Shown here: one piece after another, positions 25,631 to 32,000 of the stretch | Layout: every line of letters starts with the position of its first letter | How positions within the stretch are numbered: the first letter of the stretch is position 1 | NCBI RefSeq assembly: GCF_001306055.1 | Contig: NZ_LGHJ01000017.1 | Coordinates: 120,001 to 152,000, forward strand | Source of the DNA: Bellilinea caldifistulae | GTDB taxonomy: Bacteria > Chloroflexota > Anaerolineae > Anaerolineales > Anaerolineaceae | DNA length: 32,000 nucleotides | Reading direction: 5' to 3' | The notes under the pieces: model-generated | Told to the model about the DNA's origin: nothing | What the model saw: the letters and a program-made list of their open reading frames with translations, nothing else | Database searches by the model: none | Made by a program: the position numbers and the translations under genes

Positions 25631-26995
25631 ATGAAAACAACCGCAATGGGTATAAAGAACTACCTGAGACAAACACTTTATTACACCCTGTTTGGGCTGC
25701 GCGGTTATAAAATCCGGGAAACTTATGAACAATTTCTCAACCAATATCAACAGGGTATCCCGCCTGACCTGATTAAAAACCGTCTGATAGCGCTTTTCCA
25801 CCACGCCAGACTCAATGTACCTTACTACGCCGAAATCATCGAGAAGATGGGGGATAGTTTTTATGAGGAACCCTTTGCCTATTTGTCCAATTTTCCCATC
25901 CTGACCAAGGACATCCTCCGTAATGAATTCGATCGTTTAACCTCCACTGACCTGGCGCATCGCAAGTGGAAATTGAACACTTCCGGCGGTTCAACTGGTG
26001 AACCGGTTTGTATTGTGCAAGATGCGCGATTCCAGACGACCTCCAGAGCCATCTCATTGTTATTTTCCAGAATAATCGGGAAGGAACTGGGTGACCCCGA
26101 AGTCTATTTATGGGGTTCAGAACAAGATATTCTACGCGGTAGCCAAAAGTGGACGGCTGTTCTTTTAAACCGCATTACCAATACGGAATTTATCAACGCA
26201 TTCCGGATGAGTCCCTCGACACACATGAAATTTGCCGATTTTCTGAGAAATAAACGACCTTCCATCATCGTTGCCTACGCCGAATCGATTTACGAAGCAG
26301 CCCTTTTCTTTGAGCAACATCAAATCAAAGTCCCGCCGCCCAAAGCGATCATCTCCTCAGCCGGCACCTTGTTTCCTTACATGCGTCAAAAAATTAAAGA
26401 GATTTTTCAATGCGCAGTTTACAACCATTACGGCTCACGTGAAACCGGCGCAATCGCCTGTGAACTTCCCAATCAGACCGGCTTATGGGTTGCCCCGTGG
26501 GGGAATTACCTTGAAGTTGTAGATGATACCTTGAAACCAGTACCGGAAGAAACCCGCGGTGAAATTCTGATCACCTGTCTTTCCAATTTTGCCATGCCTC
26601 TCATTCGTTATCAAATTGGAGATGTCGGGCAATTGAAAAGCCCATCAGCGCATAACCCTACTCAAACCCTGCTTTCCCTTGACGGCAGAATCAACCAGCT
26701 CTTCCTGTTGCGTGATGGGACAATGGTAGATCCGGGTTATTTCGAATTCCTTTTGTACTTCAAAACATGGATACGAAAATTTCAGGTGATTCAAAAGGAT
26801 TACTCCACTCTGGTCTTTCGTTTTATCTCCTTGGACAATTTGCCTCACCAAGAAGATTTAGAAGAGATTCGGCAAAAAGCCCAAGTATTAATGGGCCCGG
26901 ACTGCCGCATTACTTTTGAATATGTGGATGAACTCCCCCCTACACCCTCCGGAAAATTTCTATATATGTTTTCGGAAATTTCTGACAGGAAATAA
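25631..26995 (+). CDS. adenylate-forming enzyme of the phenylacetate-CoA ligase / coenzyme F390 synthetase family (COG1541, 'CapK'-type)
   Basis: AMP-binding core TSGGSTGEP, downstream YGSRETG, and a C-terminal catalytic-lysine region PTPSGKF. The size (~455 aa) fits PaaK-like ligases. Confidence 0.8.
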   Translation: MKTTAMGIKNYLRQTLYYTLFGLRGYKIRETYEQFLNQYQQGIPPDLIKNRLIALFHHARLNVPYYAEIIEKMGDSFYEEPFAYLSNFPILTKDILRNEFDRLTSTDLAHRKWKLNTSGGSTGEPVCIVQDARFQTTSRAISLLFSRIIGKELGDPEVYLWGSEQDILRGSQKWTAVLLNRITNTEFINAFRMSPSTHMKFADFLRNKRPSIIVAYAESIYEAALFFEQHQIKVPPPKAIISSAGTLFPYMRQKIKEIFQCAVYNHYGSRETGAIACELPNQTGLWVAPWGNYLEVVDDTLKPVPEETRGEILITCLSNFAMPLIRYQIGDVGQLKSPSAHNPTQTLLSLDGRINQLFLLRDGTMVDPGYFEFLLYFKTWIRKFQVIQKDYSTLVFRFISLDNLPHQEDLEEIRQKAQVLMGPDCRITFEYVDELPPTPSGKFLYMFSEISDRK

Positions 26996-27017
26996 TTCTC
27001 GAATATTAAGTAAAAAC

Positions 27018-28406
27018 ATGGAAAAAAGCAGGCCTTCGTTTTGGAACCATCTCCTCTCCCGTCCGGTAATTGCTATTGGTGTGGCGATCGGATTAATTAT
27101 CACCAGCGCTGGGCTGGGCTTGATCATCCCCAATACCTTTGCCCCCCTCCTCGTTGCAGGAGGGGTGGCCGGCAGCCTGGTATTCATCCTCTGGTTGAAG
27201 AAACCGATCACGGCTTTTTACACGGCGGTCTGGCTGGTTTTTCTCCCCTTAGGCCTGATTCCAGCCGAAATCCATTCATTTCTCAACCGCTTCACGGTTG
27301 TTGCTGCATTCATAACCTGGGGTATTATGACGATATTATCCCGTCAGCGTGTTGTGCTGACCCCCGCGGCGATCAGTATGTCGGTGTTCTTGGTTTGGGG
27401 ATTAACCACGCTGGCCTGGTCTTCTGTTCCATCAGTAACCTTTTACAACTTGCAAATCTACGCTCTCCGCTGGATTCTCTTTTTGATTTTAGGAGCAAAT
27501 TTCCTGAATGAACGTAATCATCAAAAATCCTTTATGCGGGTGCTCACGTTCAACGGATGGATTTTAATCGCCCTGTTTTTATTCACCCTGATAACCAGCG
27601 GTTACAACCCCGGCACAAGGCTCAAAATTGCCGGGATGAACGAAAATGAAACTGCAACGCTTGCCATCATTCTTTTACCCGCCATCTTGTGGGGAAACTC
27701 TTCTCAACCCAACAAAGGTTTCTTTTCGAAACATGCTGCTCCGGTTGTTTACATCCTGTTGACGTGTTTATTGACCGTGATGAGCGGTTCAAGGGGCGGT
27801 CTTCTCTCTTTGGTCGTAGTCATGCTTGGTTTTTCCTTTCTGCGGGAGACACGTTTATACCCCCTATTAGGAATCGGGTGCACCCTCTTAATCATTCTCG
27901 TTTATCCCCAACTATTTGCCACCTTTTTCTATCGCTTGACGGTCGAAAGTAGCCAATCTTTACTGGGGGGCAGAGAAGCCATCTGGAAGGCTGCGATGAT
28001 GATGATCGCCGACCATACCTGGTTTGGAATTGGATTGGGGAATGCTCCCACAGAGATTCTTTCCTACCTCAGATTTTTTACACCAGTTTCCAGCAATTAC
28101 GTCGCATTGCACAATCCGCTATTGACTTTGTGGGCAGAAACGGGCGTGATTGGGCTTTTACTCTATGGCAGTGTTTTTATAAGTTCAGCTTTTGTTTTCC
28201 TTAGCCGTTTCTACCACGCCCTAAAACTGCATCTATCCTCAGCCATCACCAGATATAGCATCAATGGCATCGCAGTTGCTGCTTATCTCGTCTCGTGGAT
28301 CAAAGGCGGGGGAGCCGAATCGACCTACACCTTTTTTCTGGCCCTGCTTCTGCTCAACCTGCCAATCCTGTCAACTGGCTATTCGGAAACCCAGCCGACC
28401 GGTTAA
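27018..28406 (+). CDS. O-antigen ligase/polymerase family membrane protein (Wzy-like)
   Basis: About 12 TM segments. The central SGSRGGLLSLVVVML and the following periplasmic-loop region are typical of the Wzy_C/O-antigen ligase domain. The start is set at ATG 27018 to avoid an 80-nt overlap with the upstream gene. Confidence 0.75.
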   Translation: MEKSRPSFWNHLLSRPVIAIGVAIGLIITSAGLGLIIPNTFAPLLVAGGVAGSLVFILWLKKPITAFYTAVWLVFLPLGLIPAEIHSFLNRFTVVAAFITWGIMTILSRQRVVLTPAAISMSVFLVWGLTTLAWSSVPSVTFYNLQIYALRWILFLILGANFLNERNHQKSFMRVLTFNGWILIALFLFTLITSGYNPGTRLKIAGMNENETATLAIILLPAILWGNSSQPNKGFFSKHAAPVVYILLTCLLTVMSGSRGGLLSLVVVMLGFSFLRETRLYPLLGIGCTLLIILVYPQLFATFFYRLTVESSQSLLGGREAIWKAAMMMIADHTWFGIGLGNAPTEILSYLRFFTPVSSNYVALHNPLLTLWAETGVIGLLLYGSVFISSAFVFLSRFYHALKLHLSSAITRYSINGIAVAAYLVSWIKGGGAESTYTFFLALLLLNLPILSTGYSETQPTG

Positions 28407-28442
28407 TCACAACTTCCGGTATCTGACTAAGAACCTGAACAA

Positions 28443-29591
28443 ATGGCCAATTCAAGTAATCCAAAGCACAAATTTCTGTTTGTGGTAGACAATCTCAGTA
28501 CGGGCGGCTCTCAACGCCAACTGGTCAACCTTGCCATCGGACTGAAGAAAAGGGGGTATCAGATTGAACTCTTCTGCTACGCGCCGGGCGATTTACTCGC
28601 ACAACCCCTTTATGACCACCAGATTCCCATCCACTGGCACTTTAAAAAGAGCCGCTACTCGCCGGATGTCATCTTTCGGCTGGTAAGCCTGATTCAAAAG
28701 GAACACTACGATTTGCTCCTTTCCTTTCAGACCACGCCCAATTTCTACATTATCGTTTCTGCCATGCTGAGCGGTAAATGGAAAACCCCCATCATTGTTT
28801 CAGAACGTTTATGTGACTACCCCGGCTGGGTCAGCCGCCAGGAAGTTCTGATCCGGCATCTCTATCGCCTCTCAACCTACGTTGTCACCAATTCTCACAA
28901 CCAGCGGTTTCAACTGGCCAATCAATACCCTTTCCTAAATGATCGGCTGCGCACGATCTACAACGGTTATGATTTAGAATTTTTTTATCCTCCTCAAAGG
29001 GAACCTGAAAACCATCCCCCCCGCATTCTGGTGATTGCCAGCGTTTCGTACTTTAAGAATGGGATTTGTCTGGTGCGGGCGTTAAAACTGCTGCGCGACA
29101 AGCACAATTTGTTCCCCCACGTGGATTGGGTTGGGCAACGAGAAGTAACCGGCCACAGGCTGGAGGCACTGAAAGAAATGGAAAGGGAAATCCAGGAATA
29201 TCATCTGGAGGATCAGTGGCACTGGCTGGGCCAGCGGACAGATATCGTTCAACAGCTCCACCAGCATGATGTACTGGTTCATCCTTCTTTTGTGGAAGGC
29301 CTTCCGAATGTTGTTTGTGAGGCGCTGGCTTGCGGCCGCCCGGTGATTGTCAGCAACGCTTTAGACCATCCCAATCTGGTGCAAGATGGGATCAGTGGTC
29401 TGCTGTTTGATTGGCGAAGTCCGGAGCAACTGGCAGCAAAAATTCGAACTCTCCTTGAAATGCCAGTCGAACAGCGACACATCATGGGAAGAAACGGCCG
29501 CGCCTTTGCAGAACAACATCTGGGACTGGATCGGTATGTAAATGAGTTCGAGGAATTAATTCAGACAAGTTTGAAGATGAAATCAGTATGA
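28443..29591 (+). CDS. glycosyltransferase family 4 (GT-B, group 1)
   Basis: N-terminal FVVDNLSTGGSQRQ and the C-terminal E-x7-E region HPSFVEGLPNVVCEALACGRPVIVS. Confidence 0.9.
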   Translation: MANSSNPKHKFLFVVDNLSTGGSQRQLVNLAIGLKKRGYQIELFCYAPGDLLAQPLYDHQIPIHWHFKKSRYSPDVIFRLVSLIQKEHYDLLLSFQTTPNFYIIVSAMLSGKWKTPIIVSERLCDYPGWVSRQEVLIRHLYRLSTYVVTNSHNQRFQLANQYPFLNDRLRTIYNGYDLEFFYPPQREPENHPPRILVIASVSYFKNGICLVRALKLLRDKHNLFPHVDWVGQREVTGHRLEALKEMEREIQEYHLEDQWHWLGQRTDIVQQLHQHDVLVHPSFVEGLPNVVCEALACGRPVIVSNALDHPNLVQDGISGLLFDWRSPEQLAAKIRTLLEMPVEQRHIMGRNGRAFAEQHLGLDRYVNEFEELIQTSLKMKSV

Positions 29592-30199
29592 ACCCGCTGA
29601 AATATGTGTCTCTTGGAATGGTGCTGATTCGCCTGCTTTGGCGGCGCTTTTGGATGATCCTGCTGCGTCCGGCCTTTAGAAAATGCGGTAAGCACGTCCT
29701 TTTTGATCCGGCCGACCACTTCACTTTTCAAAACGTCGAATTGGGAGATTACGTTGCCATCGGCAAAGGAGCAACCTTTTTAGCCACCGAAAGCCGCATT
29801 ATTTTAGGGAACAAAGTGATGCTCGGCCCAAATGTAACCATCATCGGCGGAAACCACAACACCTCTGTGGTGGGAAAGTACATGTATGACGTTCTCGAAA
29901 AGCGGCCGTGTGATGATGAGGATGTGGTTATTGAAGATGACGTCTGGGTCGGCTCGAATGCAATCATTTTGAAGGGGGTTACCATTCGGCGCGGGGCAAT
30001 CGTTGCCGCCGGAGCATTGGTCACAAAAGACGTACCGCCTTATTCGATTGTTGCTGGTGTTCCGGCGCGGGTGATCAAACTTCGTTTTGATAGTTTAGAA
30101 ACCACTCTTGAACATGAGCGCATCCTCTACCCGCCTGAACAACGTTTGCCCGTAGATGTTTTGATTGAAAGTGTTCAATCCGTGTATGAAAAAGGCTGA
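29588..30199 (+). CDS. left-handed beta-helix (hexapeptide-repeat) O-acyl/acetyltransferase
   Basis: Hexapeptide repeats (VMLGPNVTIIGGNHN...IEDDVWVGSNAIILKGVTIRRGAIVAAGALVTKDVPPYSIVAGVPARVIK). ATGA overlap with the upstream GT gene. Confidence 0.88.
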   Translation: MNPLKYVSLGMVLIRLLWRRFWMILLRPAFRKCGKHVLFDPADHFTFQNVELGDYVAIGKGATFLATESRIILGNKVMLGPNVTIIGGNHNTSVVGKYMYDVLEKRPCDDEDVVIEDDVWVGSNAIILKGVTIRRGAIVAAGALVTKDVPPYSIVAGVPARVIKLRFDSLETTLEHERILYPPEQRLPVDVLIESVQSVYEKG

Positions 30200-31331
30200 A
30201 CCCGCCAGCAAATTATCTGTAATGCTCGCCGGTCATTTACACCCACCGGTCGGGGGAATTTCCGCTTACTTTGCTGCATTGTTGAGTTCCTCTCTCCCCC
30301 AACAGGTCGAACTCCACTTTGTCCAAACCACTTCACCGCAGCGACCGTTCCATCAGGCAGGAAAATTCACTTTTCCAAATCTGCTTACGGCTTTAACCGA
30401 TTGCTACCAATTTACTCAGGCTGTTTTTTCCGTCCGACCTCAAATTGTCCACATCGCTACGGCGTTCGGCTGGTCGTTCATCAAGCACTCATTCTGCGTG
30501 CTGATTGCCAAAGCGGCCGGCTGCCGGGTTCTGCTTCATCCCCATTGCAGTTTTGCCGCCATGTACAGCAATCATTCGTCCATTTGGAAGTTCATCTTTC
30601 GTTTTCTCATCCGCTTCCCCGATGCAGTGTTGATTCTTTCGTCGGAGTGGATGCAGCTCCGCGAAATATGCCCAGCCTGCAAAACCTATTTGCTCCACAA
30701 CGCCATTGATTTAAGGCCATATCTGCCGCTTGCCAACGACCGAATCACCCAGCCCCATACCTCTTCACCAACTCAGATACTCTTTCTGGGTCACATTGGA
30801 AAGGCGAAAGGTTCTTTTGTGCTGGTTGAAACCGCCAGGATCTTAAAGAAAAAAGGAGAGGTCTTCTTCATCCATCTGGTAGGGTCAGAACTGACTAAAG
30901 GTGAAATCGTTTACCTGCAAAAAGTGATTGAAGAAAACCAGATGGAGGAGGTAATCCAAATTCACCCGCCTGCGTTTGAAGAGCAAAAATTTGAATTTTT
31001 CAGGCAGGCGGATGTGTTTGTTTATCCCTCCTTCCACGAAGGCATTCCCATGGCTGTCATCGAGGCAATGGCTTGTGGGCTGCCGGTTGTTGCAACCCGC
31101 GTTGGCGGACTACCAGATTTGATTCAGGAGGATGTCAACGGATTTTTAGTCCCGCCCGGTCGGCCTGATGCACTGGCCGATAAAATTGCTCTTTTGATTC
31201 GGGATGTCCCTCTCCGCCAGAAAATGCAGCGCGAGAGTTATCGTCTGGCTCAAAATCAATTTGAGATAGAGCAGCATGTAGAGAAACTGGTGCGTATCTA
31301 TCGTACGCTTTTGCAAACAAACCAGCAATAA
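30186..31331 (+). CDS. glycosyltransferase family 4 (GT-B, group 1)
   Basis: C-terminal YPSFHEGIPMAVIEAMACGLPVVATRVGGLPDLI (E-x7-E). ATG 30186 is preferred; a TTG at 30165 and a GTG at 30171 are also in frame. Confidence 0.9.
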   Translation: MKKAEPASKLSVMLAGHLHPPVGGISAYFAALLSSSLPQQVELHFVQTTSPQRPFHQAGKFTFPNLLTALTDCYQFTQAVFSVRPQIVHIATAFGWSFIKHSFCVLIAKAAGCRVLLHPHCSFAAMYSNHSSIWKFIFRFLIRFPDAVLILSSEWMQLREICPACKTYLLHNAIDLRPYLPLANDRITQPHTSSPTQILFLGHIGKAKGSFVLVETARILKKKGEVFFIHLVGSELTKGEIVYLQKVIEENQMEEVIQIHPPAFEEQKFEFFRQADVFVYPSFHEGIPMAVIEAMACGLPVVATRVGGLPDLIQEDVNGFLVPPGRPDALADKIALLIRDVPLRQKMQRESYRLAQNQFEIEQHVEKLVRIYRTLLQTNQQ

Positions 31332-31377
31332 CCCAATTCAACCGATTCATCTTTTCTATAAACAATTGGACTGGAAA

Positions 31378-32000
31378 TTGAAAATCCTGATGCTCGTTCC
31401 CCATTATGAACCCGACCTCGGCCCCAGTGCGCCGTTATTCACCCTGCTAAGCACCGAACTGGCCAAGCGAGGTCATCATGTCTGTGTGCTGACCACTGTT
31501 CCCCATTACCCCAGCGGCATCGTCCCCCCTTCTTTTCGGAAAAAGCCGATTCAGCTCTCCATCGAAAATGGTGTGGAAATTTATCGGATTCGCGTGCCTT
31601 CCATGGATCGCTCCCGTCTGACCGCCCGAATGCTGCAATTCATTGCCTTTCAATGGGGTGCGACCATCAAGGGTTTATCGCTTAAGTACGATGTGGTCTT
31701 TGCTGCTAACCCGGCATTGTGGGTCTGGCTTCCCTTTACCTGCCTTTCCGTTCTACGCCGAAAACCGGCTGTCTTTTCCGTTTATGACCTTTACCCAGAT
31801 GTGGGAGTTCAATTAGGAATCTTTCGCAGCCAACTCGTCATTGAGATGGTTGGATTGCTGGAAAAATTTTGTTTGCGTCATTCCGCCATTGTACGCATCA
31901 TCTCGGAATCTTTCAGAAGTAGCATCCGCCGCTTTGGTATCCCGGACTCGAAAATCCGCTTGATACCGGACTGGGTGGACACGGAACTTATTCGCCCCCT
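31378..32000 (+). CDS. glycosyltransferase family 4, WcaI/WbuB-like; 5' part, gene continues past the window end
   Basis: Absent from the ORF track (no stop inside the window). The frame is open from TTG 31378 / ATG 31390 to the end. It translates (L)KILMLVPHYEPDLGPSAPLFTLLSTELAKRGHHVCVLTTVPHYPSG...VYDLYPDV..., the characteristic N-terminus of WcaI-type GT4 enzymes. Confidence 0.8.
   Translation, partial: MKILMLVPHYEPDLGPSAPLFTLLSTELAKRGHHVCVLTTVPHYPSGIVPPSFRKKPIQLSIENGVEIYRIRVPSMDRSRLTARMLQFIAFQWGATIKGLSLKYDVVFAANPALWVWLPFTCLSVLRRKPAVFSVYDLYPDVGVQLGIFRSQLVIEMVGLLEKFCLRHSAIVRIISESFRSSIRRFGIPDSKIRLIPDWVDTELIRP

Overview
This is a 32-kb, densely coding chromosomal segment. I found no rRNA, CRISPR array, transposase, integrase or phage gene. 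It splits into three blocks.

(1) 1-12.3 kb. On the minus strand sits a LacI-type repressor with a sugar ABC uptake operon (SBP, permease, and a second permease running off the left edge). The lacI promoter is a textbook autoregulated one, with tandem palindromic operators. On the plus strand come a DHA2-type MFS exporter with its TetR regulator, then an 887-aa MalT/LuxR-type STAND regulator. These are followed by a tightly coupled five-gene operon of unknown function. It encodes an 83-aa protein, a Tat-signal flavodoxin-fold protein, and two paralogous polytopic membrane proteins bracketing a CPBP intramembrane protease.

(2) 12.4-17.3 kb. A housekeeping operon, coaE (long form with an extra C-terminal domain)-cdaA-cdaR-der, is followed by an initiator-type tRNA-Met with its own promoter and terminator.

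(3) 17.3-32 kb. This block looks more AT-rich by eye. It starts with a gene-poor spacer and an alpha/beta hydrolase. Next comes a near-consensus promoter driving a ~160-nt structured non-coding RNA that ends in a strong intrinsic terminator. The rest is a Wzx/Wzy-type polysaccharide cluster of at least 13 kb:
- fused Wzz/BY-kinase
- membrane-anchored beta-helix glycanase-like protein
- flippase
- CapA-like metallophosphatase
- PaaK/F390-synthetase-like ligase
- Wzy-like polymerase
- three GT4 glycosyltransferases
- a hexapeptide acyltransferase

Several features suggest a monoderm-type, possibly Chloroflexota/Anaerolineae-like organism: the lipoprotein SBP has a long tether, cdaA-cdaR is present, there is no Wza or other outer-membrane component, and GTG/TTG starts are frequent. 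That placement is inference only.

The best candidates for something undescribed are the five-gene envelope operon (8850-12276) and the orphan promoter-RNA-terminator unit with its TTATCGG motif array upstream of the polysaccharide cluster (18759-19141).
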